Origin: Pyrobaculum aerophilum str. IM2
GTDB lineage: Archaea > Thermoproteota > Thermoprotei > Thermoproteales > Thermoproteaceae
Length of the DNA: 32,000 nt
Assembly (NCBI RefSeq): GCF_000007225.1
Contig: NC_003364.1
Location: forward strand, 240,001-272,000
Direction: 5' to 3'
A program made the position numbers and the translations under genes. Under the pieces are notes generated by a model. The model ran no database searches. It had not been told where the DNA came from and saw nothing but the letters and a program-made list of their open reading frames with translations. Positions 1 to 9,965 of the stretch are shown here, one piece after another (position 1 is the first letter of the stretch; every line of letters begins with the position of its first letter).

Positions 1-480
1 GTGGCCTACCGCTACTTCTACCAGGGAGTCCCCCACTACATGCTGGGCCTCGCCGCCCTCTTAATGTTGGTAATAGGCGGCATATCCACTGCGCTACTCC
101 CTCTGCACACCACAATACAACAGCTGAGGGCCTCAATAAGGCGGGCGTTAATCCCGCCAGCGCCTACAGACTGCTTGTCGCCGCTCCCGCAACCGCCGCC
201 TCCCGCGCCTCCCCAGAGGCCCGCCCCCGAGAAAGCCACAGTGCTGGAAAGAGCAGCCCAGGGCCTAATAACCGCCTTCATAGTGTTGCTGGCAGCCGCC
301 GCGTACTACCTGGGGATTGGAGACGCCGCCACGGCCAACAAACTCGCCGAGTGGGCCTACTACGCATTAGCCGGGGGAGTACTAGCAACGTTAATAGACA
401 CAGCCATAGCCCAAAGACGGCAAAAACAGCTTCAGCGCCAAGCATTCCGAACCTCACACTCTGCTGTAATAACTTCATAG
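1..480 (+). CDS. hypothetical membrane protein with proline-rich linker (may be truncated by the window edge)
   Basis: ORF track. GTG at position 1. Two hydrophobic segments (LGLAALLMLVIGGISTALL, ITAFIVLLAAAAYYLG) flank a PQPPPPAPPQRPAP tract. No recognisable family motif. Confidence 0.4.
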   Translation: MAYRYFYQGVPHYMLGLAALLMLVIGGISTALLPLHTTIQQLRASIRRALIPPAPTDCLSPLPQPPPPAPPQRPAPEKATVLERAAQGLITAFIVLLAAAAYYLGIGDAATANKLAEWAYYALAGGVLATLIDTAIAQRRQKQLQRQAFRTSHSAVITS

Positions 481-551
481 TCAAATAAGTGTAATATGTC
501 TATGCAAACGCAAAGAGCGAAAAGCTTAAAAACCAGCTCTTAATTCGCTAT

Positions 552-908
552 ATGCTCCTGGCGGCGGGGTTTGTGCCTTCGCTTTTGTCGCTTTCGGCGC
601 TTAAAAGCCGCGCTTTGCGCAAGGGAGTTTGGTTTAGACTTGACCCCGCCGCCAGGGCGCTAGTAGACGCAACTCTCCTCTACCTCAAGAGAGGCGGGGT
701 GATTAAATCCCCCGCCTTAATAAACGCCTTGAGGGCAGTGGCAGAGAGAATACTGTCCTCAACCTCACCCCTACGGGTACTGGCAAAGGCTGTGGGCATG
801 GCCATAGCCCGCGCGAGGGGGATTCAAGCAGACGAGGAGAGGGCGATCGCCCTGGGAATACAGTGGATAAATACGCCGAAGCAGTGGAGGCCGCAGGTGG
901 CGGACTGA
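552..908 (+). CDS. hypothetical protein
   Basis: ORF track only. GC-rich codon usage is like the neighbouring ORF. No motif recognised. Confidence 0.35.
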   Translation: MLLAAGFVPSLLSLSALKSRALRKGVWFRLDPAARALVDATLLYLKRGGVIKSPALINALRAVAERILSSTSPLRVLAKAVGMAIARARGIQADEERAIALGIQWINTPKQWRPQVAD

Positions 909-1224
909 GACAAAGAAGATATGCATATCAAGCATCCCATGCTGGCTCTGTCGATCATTGTACTCGCATAAAATGGGGGACAACATACCGAGGCATATGA
1001 AGCAGATAGACAGGATCCTCAGGAGTAGGTCAACAACAGAAGCGTAAAATGACGTTAGAAGTCACGTAAAAAATGCATTTATGTACCCTATAAGAGCAAT
1101 TAGACATCCAAAAGGGAGATAGCCAAAAGACTGGAAACTGGACTGAGATATAGAGAGGAAAAATGCACTACCTCTGGATGCCTTTAAACTTAGTTGATAT
1201 CCTTCGTCAATATGATCTAAATAA

Positions 1225-2160
1225 ATGTCCAAGCCTTTAATAACAATAATAATACCTACTCTAAATGAGTGTCATAATATACCTATGGTTCTAAAGGAAA
1301 TACATAAGAGATTCAGTAAGGAGGCAGAGATAATAATTGTAGACGGCGGCTCTATTGACTGTACTCTAGACAAAGCCAAGGAGGTATCTCAGACGCTTGG
1401 AATGGACGTTAAGCTGATTAGGCAGAAGAGCAGTGGAGGGAAACCCGGCGCGCTCATAGACGGCTTTAAGGAGGCCAGGGGCCTATATGTAGGAGTCATA
1501 GACGCCGACATGGAGTTCCACCCCTCGGATCTCGAGAGGATGTATAGAGAGGCCTTGAAGGGCTACGACGTCGTGCTGGGTTACAGAAGGGATGTCAGGC
1601 TCTTTTGGAGGAGAGTAATAAGTTGGGGCGCTAGATTACTTGCTAAGATCATGATACCCAGTTTAAGGAGGTTTAAGGACCCAACCACCGAAATGTACGT
1701 TATCAGCAAACACAGTTTAGATACGTGTATAGATAAGATCAAGCCTAGAATTAAGCCAGCGCTTGAGATCTTGGCTAAGTGTAAGGCGAATTCCTACAAA
1801 GAAATGGAAATAATGCAGAGACAGAGATCTCTTGGCGAAAGCAAGTTCTCCATTATGTGGATCTTCCAATACATATGGCAACTCCTAGAACTCACCAATT
1901 ACTTCACAGTCCGTTACATAGCGGGGGCATTAGTAGCCTTGCCTGTATCAATACTGCTGTGGAATTATGTAGGACTACTGGCCCCATTCGTCGGAGCTAT
2001 AGTGAAGTGGCTCTTTATATTCAGGGAAGTGGGTCCGGCAAGTACCCTGACAATAAAGGCATTGGCAGTCTTGATTAAGATAGCCGGGGTGGCTCCATGG
2101 CCAATAACAGCCCTCATCGAATTTATACTAATTCACATGCTCAGAGGAACGAAGATCTAG
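1225..2160 (+). CDS. family-2 (GT-A) glycosyltransferase with C-terminal membrane domain, dolichyl-phosphate hexosyltransferase-like
   Basis: N-terminus IIIPTLNE...IIIVDGGSID and the DxD motif VIDADMEF are GT2 hallmarks. The last ~100 aa are hydrophobic (several predicted TM helices). First gene of a tight same-strand array. Confidence 0.85.
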   Translation: MSKPLITIIIPTLNECHNIPMVLKEIHKRFSKEAEIIIVDGGSIDCTLDKAKEVSQTLGMDVKLIRQKSSGGKPGALIDGFKEARGLYVGVIDADMEFHPSDLERMYREALKGYDVVLGYRRDVRLFWRRVISWGARLLAKIMIPSLRRFKDPTTEMYVISKHSLDTCIDKIKPRIKPALEILAKCKANSYKEMEIMQRQRSLGESKFSIMWIFQYIWQLLELTNYFTVRYIAGALVALPVSILLWNYVGLLAPFVGAIVKWLFIFREVGPASTLTIKALAVLIKIAGVAPWPITALIEFILIHMLRGTKI

Positions 2161-2167
2161 CGGCGCC

Positions 2168-3250
2168 ATGAGAGTCTTGTGGATAAACCATAGATGTCCC
2201 AAGCACCCCCAAGCGGGCGGCGCCGAGGAATACGTCTTTCAGATCTCCAGGAGGCTTGTTAAAATGGGGCACGAGGTGACGCTTCTCGCCGAAAAGCCCT
2301 CAAGCCTGCCAGAGCACGAGGTAATTGACGGCGTCGAGATCGTCAGGAAAGGCGGGTTTTTAACCCTCCATCTTTGGGCGCCCCTATACGTCGCTAAACA
2401 CTCTAGGGAATACGACGTGATTATAGACAATGTAGCCCACGTTTTCCCATTCTACAGCTCCAAATTCACCTTTAAGCCGACGATAGCCGTCGTCCACCAC
2501 GTAAATGGGAAGGCAATCAACAGGGTGATGCCCCAACCTCTGCACTTTCTAGGCATAGCCGCCGAGAAAAGCCTGCCCCACATGTACAGGAGCTTTATAG
2601 CCGTTTCACGTTCTACAGAGGAGGACCTCATTAACCTCGGCGTTAATCCCGACAGAATCTCTGTCGTGTATAATGGAGTCGATCACGAGGTATACAAACC
2701 CGGCGAGAAGTCCGAAAGACCCCTCGTGCTGTGGCTCAACAGGTTTGTGAAGTACAAAAACCCAGACCACGCCGTAAGGGCTTTCTCTATTGTAAAGAAA
2801 AAGATTCCCGAGGCTCTCTTCGTGATGGCCGGAGACGGGCCTGAAAGGCCAAGGGCCGAGAGGCTGGCTAAACAGCTCGGCGTAGAGGTCGAATTCGTTG
2901 GGAAGATCTCTGTCAGAAGGAAGGTCGAGCTCTTGCAGAGAGCTTGGGTATGCGTATACACGTCGGAGATCGAGGGGTGGGGATTAGTGGCATTAGAGGC
3001 AGCCGCATCCGGAACCCCTTGCGTAGGCTACGCCGTGGGAGGGCTAAGGGAGTCTATAATAGACGGCGTCACGGGGTTCCTAGCAAGGCCGGGGGATATC
3101 GGCGACCTTGCCAATAAGATAGTGAGGATTCTCAATAACGCCGAGTTGCTTAAACGGCTGACTGAAAACGCATTTAGATATGCCCAGAACTTCGACTGGA
3201 ATAACTCCGCTGAGAGATTTCTAGAAGTTATTAATAGCGTAACTCAGTGA
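2168..3250 (+). CDS. GT-B fold glycosyltransferase (group 1 / GT4-like)
   Basis: MRVLWIN start. C-terminal EIEGWGLVALEAAASGTPCVGYAVGGLRESI block resembles the E-x7-E motif region of GT4 enzymes. Starts 7 nt after the upstream stop. Confidence 0.85.
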   Translation: MRVLWINHRCPKHPQAGGAEEYVFQISRRLVKMGHEVTLLAEKPSSLPEHEVIDGVEIVRKGGFLTLHLWAPLYVAKHSREYDVIIDNVAHVFPFYSSKFTFKPTIAVVHHVNGKAINRVMPQPLHFLGIAAEKSLPHMYRSFIAVSRSTEEDLINLGVNPDRISVVYNGVDHEVYKPGEKSERPLVLWLNRFVKYKNPDHAVRAFSIVKKKIPEALFVMAGDGPERPRAERLAKQLGVEVEFVGKISVRRKVELLQRAWVCVYTSEIEGWGLVALEAAASGTPCVGYAVGGLRESIIDGVTGFLARPGDIGDLANKIVRILNNAELLKRLTENAFRYAQNFDWNNSAERFLEVINSVTQ

Positions 3251-4068
3251 GCAAGCCTTTAGTAACAATAATAGTACCAACATTTAACTCGGAAAAAACA
3301 CTACAATTATGCTTGGAATCCATACGGAAGCAAACTTATAAGAACATAGAAGTTATCGTAGTTGACAACTACAGCACTGACAGCACTGTTAGCGTTGCAA
3401 AAAAGTATGACGCTAAGGTTATACAGGTACGCGGCGAGAGGGCCAGGGCAAAGAACATAGGCTTGAGACATGCATCTGGGAAATACGTTCTTTTCATTGA
3501 CTCCGACATGGAACTCACGCCCAGGGTTGTAGAGGAATGTGTCAGAACGGCGGAATCTAACCCTAAAATAGCAGGTATTATAATTCCAGAGGTGACAATA
3601 GGCAGTAATTATTGGTCACTGGTAAGAAATTTTGAGAGGAGCTTTTATGTAGGTACGCCAATAGAGTCTCCAAGGTTCTTCAGAACAGACCTAGCATTAA
3701 AAGCAGGAGGTTTTGACGAAGATATAGTGTTTTACGAAGAGGCCACACTGCCCTTAAAACTAGAAAGATTAGGTTACAATGTAAGAGCAAGAGTAAAATC
3801 ATATATTCTACATCATGAGGAAAATCTAAATATCAGTAAGTTATTAAGAAAAAGAATTTACTATGCAAAAACAGCAAAGAAATATATTACAAGATATCGA
3901 AGTATCGACAAAGCATATATTACGATACAGATAAGTCCTTTCTACAGGTTTAAACTCTTCTTCAGCGATAAGAGGTTCTGGCAAAGGCCAGATTTAGCGC
4001 TGGGAGTTATCACGCTAAAGATTTTGGAGTATATTATCTCACTAGCAAGCTATCTGGCCACAAAGTAA
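3247..4068 (+). CDS. family-2 glycosyltransferase
   Basis: TIIVPTFNSEKTL...VIVVDNYSTDST...FIDSDMEL (DxD). The GTG start overlaps the upstream stop (GTGA). AT-rich codon usage. Collinear paralogue of 9094..9921. Confidence 0.85.
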   Translation: MSKPLVTIIVPTFNSEKTLQLCLESIRKQTYKNIEVIVVDNYSTDSTVSVAKKYDAKVIQVRGERARAKNIGLRHASGKYVLFIDSDMELTPRVVEECVRTAESNPKIAGIIIPEVTIGSNYWSLVRNFERSFYVGTPIESPRFFRTDLALKAGGFDEDIVFYEEATLPLKLERLGYNVRARVKSYILHHEENLNISKLLRKRIYYAKTAKKYITRYRSIDKAYITIQISPFYRFKLFFSDKRFWQRPDLALGVITLKILEYIISLASYLATK

Positions 4069-4435
4069 AATTGTAATACTATCCTCTTTAGAGTGGATAT
4101 GCGAAATACGCTTCGATGGTGAATTTTTTCACAAAGTTAGTTGAAAACTCCCAGCTAATGCTTTCATATTACCTTGACCAATAAGGGATATGGCGAAAAT
4201 GTCATCACAAGTACCTTTCATAGAAAGAGGCTAAGTTTTAAAAAATGCCGATTTTAAGCAGAATGATGATATGGCGAAATGATATGTATATGCCTACCAC
4301 CATAGTTAATCACCCCAAGGCCGATGCTGTTGAGATAAGCCATAATTACTGTGAGCCAGTTAGGCGTTGAATACATATGATGAGCTATTCGGTTCACCCT
4401 AGTGGGAGAGAGACAACAATATACGGGATCGGGCA

Positions 4436-5560
4436 ATGAGAGTGTTAATAATATCTAGGCTTTTATGGACTGCTGGAGCCCAGCGTATCGCAATAAATGA
4501 ATATCACTGGCTAAAGAGACTTGGTTACGATACAGAATTAGTATTCCTTAGGCGCGGCAACGTAACTGGATACGAGGAACTCTTAGAGGAAGTCAACTAT
4601 AAAGTGGTTAGAAGAGGCCACGGCCCTCTTACGCCGTTTTTCTACACGTTAACCAAAATATTTGCCCCTGATAGGGGTCTGGAGAGTACAGTTGATCTCG
4701 ATCTCATTTTTAAAATTCCCAAAATAGCCAAAAAAGAAGGCGCCGATTACCTAATATGTCATGATCAATTTACAGGTATTGGCTGTTATCAAGCTTATAG
4801 AAAATATGGTATTCCTTACACTATTTTTATTCATGAAAAAGTTGTAAATTATAGACAGCCAATATTTGGAAAGATAATAAACAATATTGAAAAAGAGATT
4901 CTCCTTAATGCAAAAAAAGTGTTTGCAGTAACAGATAAGGTAGCGCAAACGATAAATGAAAAACACGGAATAAAAGCAATTCCAAACTATCCAGGAATGG
5001 ACAAAATATCAGAGCGACATTTCTCAGAAAAAGAAGACGTCCTCCTAGCCGTTTCGTTTTGGGACTTAGGAAGAAGACCTTGGGATTACCTTGAAGTTGT
5101 AAAACATCTTGATTATAAATTAATATTAGCAGGTAATTGGAGAGTAAAGAAGGCAAAGGAAAAAGTCGTAGAGAGTATTAAATTAATGGGACTCAAGGAT
5201 AAAGTAAGTTTAGTTGAGGGAATTTCGGAAAATCAATTAAGAGAATTATATAATAAGGCGAAATTTGTAATAAGGTTTGGATATGGCGAATTTGGACCAG
5301 CAATTAGTGTGATTGAAGCGATTCAACACACCACACCTGTTATAATCAACGATGAATTAGGAACTGCGGAGCTAGTTAAAAGGTACAACTTAGGTTTAGT
5401 CGTCCACGGAATAGATGTAAGATCTATTAAAGAATTTATTAATAAAATTGATGAAAAAACATATTCTCAATTACAGGATAACATAAAAAAAGTTCAGAAT
5501 ATATATACATGGTTAAATCACGTCACTAAGTTAATAGACACAATTACTTTCAAACAATGA
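4436..5560 (+). CDS. GT-B fold glycosyltransferase (group 1 / GT4-like)
   Basis: MRVLIISR start. C-terminal GEFGPAISVIEAIQHTTPVIINDELGTAELV block. Extremely AT-rich, with Lys/Ile/Asn-rich codon usage. Confidence 0.8.
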   Translation: MRVLIISRLLWTAGAQRIAINEYHWLKRLGYDTELVFLRRGNVTGYEELLEEVNYKVVRRGHGPLTPFFYTLTKIFAPDRGLESTVDLDLIFKIPKIAKKEGADYLICHDQFTGIGCYQAYRKYGIPYTIFIHEKVVNYRQPIFGKIINNIEKEILLNAKKVFAVTDKVAQTINEKHGIKAIPNYPGMDKISERHFSEKEDVLLAVSFWDLGRRPWDYLEVVKHLDYKLILAGNWRVKKAKEKVVESIKLMGLKDKVSLVEGISENQLRELYNKAKFVIRFGYGEFGPAISVIEAIQHTTPVIINDELGTAELVKRYNLGLVVHGIDVRSIKEFINKIDEKTYSQLQDNIKKVQNIYTWLNHVTKLIDTITFKQ

Positions 5561-5594
5561 CGCAAAATTCTACATAAAATATATATTCTCCAAT

Positions 5595-6314
5595 ATGCTT
5601 TTTACTTATGGTAGCCTAAGGATTGAAATTCCGGACAAATATAAATTCGTATATTATGCTACATTCATAGCGGGGGAGTGGGACTTCCTGAAAGTTAATA
5701 ATAATGATAGAGTTCTCGACGCTAGCGCTTTTATCGGAGATTTTACAGTAAAAGTTGCAAAGAAAGCTAAAGAAGTTGTTGCTGTAGAACCCCTCCCGTG
5801 GGCCTTCGAAATTCTTAAAACGAATGTTGAGCTCAACCAATTGAAAAATGTTATACTAGTCAACAAGGCTATTTACGACATAGAGGGAATAACCGTCAAG
5901 ATCAGCGATGAAGGCACTGCCTCTAAAATAAGTGGAGAGGGCGTAGAAGTCAATACTGTCACTGTTGACTCTCTTGGGAAGTTTGAAGTGGTTAAGATGG
6001 ATATAGAGGGGGCAGAAAACAGGGCCTTTACGGGCGACTGGATAAACTATGTAAGGGAAATAGCCGTGGAACTACATGGAAAAGAGAATATAGAACTGAT
6101 TCCAAATATTCTAAGAGCCAAGGGTTTTCGCGTTCGTTTCATGAAAAAATTTGATTTGGCAAAAAATACACTGAAAAATATCCTTACACATCCTTTATCA
6201 TTCATTAAGGCCGAGATAAGGACACAAGTTATGCTTAATTATCTCTTGGGGAGATATTATGTTCCAGCTCTTACCAGTAATGAGATAAAGATCGTTTATG
6301 CGAAGCGTGGATAA
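5595..6314 (+). CDS. FkbM-family SAM-dependent methyltransferase
   Basis: DASAFIGDFTV (nucleotide-binding loop) and VKMDIEGAE motifs, as in FkbM-type methyltransferases. Lies inside the glycosyltransferase array. Confidence 0.8.
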   Translation: MLFTYGSLRIEIPDKYKFVYYATFIAGEWDFLKVNNNDRVLDASAFIGDFTVKVAKKAKEVVAVEPLPWAFEILKTNVELNQLKNVILVNKAIYDIEGITVKISDEGTASKISGEGVEVNTVTVDSLGKFEVVKMDIEGAENRAFTGDWINYVREIAVELHGKENIELIPNILRAKGFRVRFMKKFDLAKNTLKNILTHPLSFIKAEIRTQVMLNYLLGRYYVPALTSNEIKIVYAKRG

Positions 6315-9042
6315 GCTATTATTAAAATGTAAATCGAGATCTAAACAATACATAATATTGATAATTGCTGTTATTCTTTTTATTGGCTCTACTTGGCAAG
6401 TGGCTTTTTCCCCTGGGTATGTCTTTTTAGCCGAACAATTTGAATTTTTAAATGCGCATCTCTTCCTTAGAGTAACTTCGCTTTGGCCCAATACTGAAAT
6501 TTTCAGCGAGGCGGATCCCGGCAAGTTATACCTCTACTGGGCACTTTACCTCTTGTCTTTTGGCGATTACAAGGTTCTTCAAGTCATGGCCCTTGGCCTC
6601 CCAAGCGCCTTGGCATACCTTTCAGCTACATATTTGTTAAGCCGATTTTCCAAGTGGGGCTGGGCCATTGCATTTTTATATGTCTTCAATCCTCTTTTTA
6701 TAAACCAGCCCAGGGATATACAGTTCCGCTTTGAATATGCTCTATTACCCTTAGCGCTGGCAGTGTTAATTAGAGTTTTTGAGGGAAGGCTTATCCACGG
6801 CCTTGTACTAGCCTTTATATTAGCCATGGGAAGTTATAGATTCTATGTATTATTTGCCATTATGGCAACATTGATATTCATATGGTATATTATTAATAAA
6901 GGTAAACCATCATTAGTCATAACTACAGTAGCAGTCACTACAGGCCTTATTCTGTCGCTGCCACGAATACTCCCAGCTATTGTACACTTTCTAGAGGGCG
7001 ACAGCCTGGCGCTGGCCACCTTCGGCGTGACGGAGGGGATACGTCGCGTTGACGTCTTAGATGCGTTTGTTTTGAACTATTACTATCCAGGTGATGTTTT
7101 TGAAAAAATAACACATGGTATTCTAAATTTTGGGTTTTTCCCTTCAGTGTTAATATCTATAGCTGTTATATTACGGCGTAGAAATAATATAGTTTTCCTC
7201 GGCGCGTTATTTGTGCTAGTAGGGATTCTTCTGACCTCAACTATAAACATTGATCCGCTACTGGCGACTTTCCCCCCCTTGGCCAGGCTTTTAAGGCAAC
7301 CTTATTGGAACGGTATTATTACACTTATTGGATACCTCCTCTTGCTGTCCCAGTTGAGGTCACGAATTGCAATAATTGCCGCTGTGATAATTCCGGCGGT
7401 ATTCTACGGCCCTATTTTCTTCTCTGGTAATATGTGGGGTTATTGGTGTGCCTCTACACCCCCACAGTCATATGAACTGTTACCCAGCTTTGAGGGGAAA
7501 TCGTTGTGGATACCTACTTTAGGATCTCCTAGAGCTGTTTGGGTGAAATGTGAAAGGCCTCAGTGGGCTTCAAATGCTTGGGGAGTAACCGGCGACGTGG
7601 AGATACGTAGTTGGGGCGGTGATGCGCTTAATGTGTTTCATGTGTCGTATCTCTCCCAGTACTTTGCTTATTTCAATTACTTTAAACAGTCCTGGTTTCC
7701 TTTTGCATTAGTGACGGTAGATCCGCGTATTGCCTATGGCATTGTTGGAATTAGCTATGTCGGTATGGTAACTGATAGGCTTGCGAGCGATGACGTACAG
7801 AGGAGCCTATGGGAGGCAAGAGATTTCTTTTCGCGTACAGCGACAGTTGTTATTAACTCAAGAGAACTGGGCTTATATAAACTGGGAGATGCGCCTATGT
7901 GCCGCGCCGGCGCACCGTTATTCCTATCTGGCGGATACCCCGCTCTAGCAGTACTTTACAGCGTCTTTGGTTGGCGTACGCCGCCGGTTATTTTTAGCAA
8001 TGATAATATTACTGCCGTTCAGGGATGGGACTTTATCCAAGGCGACGTTATTTCCTCTATTCACTTTTCAAGTATGCGTCTCACTGGCTTAACTAAAGGA
8101 AGCGGCATAATATACGATGAATTTTACAACAAGTTGCTTAAATTAGGAAGTATATGGTCGTATGACGAGGTACCCAACTTTGTCTACGGCTATTCAGGAT
8201 TTGCCGAAGGCTCGATAATACTACCCTCCGGCATCTATGAAATATATGTAAAAGGTTATGTCTCTAATATTAGTGGAATTATTACTTTAACGGTCGGAGG
8301 TAAAGAGTATAAAGTTAATCTTAAGTCTAATGAAACTCGTTTCCGCTGGGTACATGTGGGGAACTTTAGCTGGTCGGGTGGGCGTGTAGATATTAAAGCC
8401 GTTTTCTCAGAGGGACTTGTAGCAGTTAGTGAATTGGTATTTGTAAGGCCAAACTATAAGTCAGCGCCTGATGTCATTATTATCACTCCATACGACATCC
8501 CTGGACTTAAATACAGGAATCTGGAATCGCCACTTGGAATAATAGCGGAATATAATGGCTCATTGAAACTCCCGGGAAATGGAAATTACATAGTGTACCT
8601 TCATTTGATCAGCGGGAGTATAAGGGGTTCCTACGGCGATCTCTCTAATGGATCAGTAGTACAGGGTGGAGAGGTCTTGAAATTTTTAAATGCTCGTGTG
8701 TCTTATATTCTTTTAGTAAGACAAGGATGGAAGGGACTTGAATCCGTGCGCAACATTACATGTCAAGACACGTTCACTGTGAATAACAATGAACTAGTTC
8801 AGTTCAACGTGCTATATGATCCTTTTTGGCGTCTCAAATGCGACTCTCAGACGTATAGTCCTGTTAAAGTCTTTGGCTTGGTTAACGGGTTCTACGTAAA
8901 AACAGGCGGCTCTTGCAAATTACAATATATACTCTATGATGTTCAAAAGTTAGCATTTTATATAACTTTAGTTTATCTTTTTATTTTAACGGGTTTCATC
9001 TTAGTATTTTATAATAAAGAGGTATTTCGCGTTAAAAAATAG
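6298..9042 (+). CDS. 914-aa polytopic membrane protein with large C-terminal extracytoplasmic domain (candidate GT-C-like glycosyltransferase or glycan polymerase; function unproven)
   Basis: About 400 N-terminal residues form many hydrophobic helices. A ~480-aa soluble domain with N-x-S/T sequons follows, then a final TM helix (FYITLVYLFILTGFILVF). Overlaps the upstream gene by 17 nt. No WWDxG (AglB) motif seen. Confidence 0.7.
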   Translation: MRSVDKLLLKCKSRSKQYIILIIAVILFIGSTWQVAFSPGYVFLAEQFEFLNAHLFLRVTSLWPNTEIFSEADPGKLYLYWALYLLSFGDYKVLQVMALGLPSALAYLSATYLLSRFSKWGWAIAFLYVFNPLFINQPRDIQFRFEYALLPLALAVLIRVFEGRLIHGLVLAFILAMGSYRFYVLFAIMATLIFIWYIINKGKPSLVITTVAVTTGLILSLPRILPAIVHFLEGDSLALATFGVTEGIRRVDVLDAFVLNYYYPGDVFEKITHGILNFGFFPSVLISIAVILRRRNNIVFLGALFVLVGILLTSTINIDPLLATFPPLARLLRQPYWNGIITLIGYLLLLSQLRSRIAIIAAVIIPAVFYGPIFFSGNMWGYWCASTPPQSYELLPSFEGKSLWIPTLGSPRAVWVKCERPQWASNAWGVTGDVEIRSWGGDALNVFHVSYLSQYFAYFNYFKQSWFPFALVTVDPRIAYGIVGISYVGMVTDRLASDDVQRSLWEARDFFSRTATVVINSRELGLYKLGDAPMCRAGAPLFLSGGYPALAVLYSVFGWRTPPVIFSNDNITAVQGWDFIQGDVISSIHFSSMRLTGLTKGSGIIYDEFYNKLLKLGSIWSYDEVPNFVYGYSGFAEGSIILPSGIYEIYVKGYVSNISGIITLTVGGKEYKVNLKSNETRFRWVHVGNFSWSGGRVDIKAVFSEGLVAVSELVFVRPNYKSAPDVIIITPYDIPGLKYRNLESPLGIIAEYNGSLKLPGNGNYIVYLHLISGSIRGSYGDLSNGSVVQGGEVLKFLNARVSYILLVRQGWKGLESVRNITCQDTFTVNNNELVQFNVLYDPFWRLKCDSQTYSPVKVFGLVNGFYVKTGGSCKLQYILYDVQKLAFYITLVYLFILTGFILVFYNKEVFRVKK

Positions 9043-9093
9043 GATATAGCACGCTGGGCTTTACTATTTTTATACTGTCGCACCTCTAGCCCT

Positions 9094-9921
9094 GTGGCGC
9101 AGAGGCTTGTGTCAGTTATTATACATACGAAAAACTCCTCTAAGACCCTCCCGATAACGCTGAAATCCCTAGGGGGACAGACCTATCGCAACATTGAAAT
9201 CGTGGTAGTGGATAATTACAGCCGGGACACAACGGTGGAGATCGCGCTGAAGTACGGCGCGCGGGTCTATAGATGGGGCCCCGAGAGGAGCGCGCAGATG
9301 AATTTCGGCGCCAGGGCCTCCAAGGGCGACATTCTCTATTTTACCAATAGCGACTTCTGGATTCACCCCAGGGTGGTGGAGGACTGTGTGGAGAAAATTA
9401 ACGAGGGTTTTGACGCCGTCGTGGTGCCGAATATCAGCAACCCTCGCGTTGGGCTGGTGGCCCGGGCGCGTTACTTCGTGAGGCTTTCCTATCTCTACAG
9501 TGGGGTGTACGAAGCGGCCCGTTGCATGACCCGCGATTTGTTCTTCAAAGTGGGGGGCTTCGACGAGCGGCTGTATTCAAACGAGGAATACGACCTACAT
9601 CAGCGTATTATACGCAGCGGCGCGCGGGTGGGCTACATAAAGTCTTTTGAAATCCACATTGACGAGTACACCTTTAGAGATTTGGTGGTGAAGTCGCTAT
9701 ACTACGGCGGAAACGCAATTAACTATTTCCGAAAGTGGCGAAACCCAATGCACATGACGCCTGTAAGGCCGGCGTTTTTCCGAAAAGGCTTCTTATCGTT
9801 TCTGGGCAGACGTTGGCCTATTGGCATATACCTCATACTCCTCTTCAAACTAGTTCAGTTCGGCATGGCGGGGCTTGGCACGTTACTACCTATGTCAGTA
9901 AATCCTTATGATAAAGTTTAA
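9094..9921 (+). CDS. family-2 glycosyltransferase (GC-rich paralogue of 3247..4068)
   Basis: VSVIIHTKNSSKTL...IVVVDNYSRDTT...GGFDERL is collinear with 3247..4068 over the full length. The DxD position reads NSD (FTNSDFW). TATA-like TTTTTATA at 9067-9074 lies 24 nt upstream of the GTG. Confidence 0.85.
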   Translation: MAQRLVSVIIHTKNSSKTLPITLKSLGGQTYRNIEIVVVDNYSRDTTVEIALKYGARVYRWGPERSAQMNFGARASKGDILYFTNSDFWIHPRVVEDCVEKINEGFDAVVVPNISNPRVGLVARARYFVRLSYLYSGVYEAARCMTRDLFFKVGGFDERLYSNEEYDLHQRIIRSGARVGYIKSFEIHIDEYTFRDLVVKSLYYGGNAINYFRKWRNPMHMTPVRPAFFRKGFLSFLGRRWPIGIYLILLFKLVQFGMAGLGTLLPMSVNPYDKV

Positions 9922-9965
9922 TAATTAACTAATTCCACTTCTAATGCATCTTTTGTCTTAGTTTG

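Noticed and set aside
1-1224. An integrated viral or plasmid element at the left edge (small membrane protein plus small basic protein, followed by an AT-rich spacer)
   Set aside because: No integrase, no att-like direct repeats and no tRNA target are visible within the window. The evidence is too thin to call a mobile element.
4264-4382. Two ATGATGA strings (4264 and 4376) that look like C boxes of C/D-box sRNAs, which are abundant in Pyrobaculum
   Set aside because: No CTGA D or D' box at the expected 12-nt guide spacing, and no terminal complementary stem. Probably chance occurrences in AT-rich intergenic DNA.
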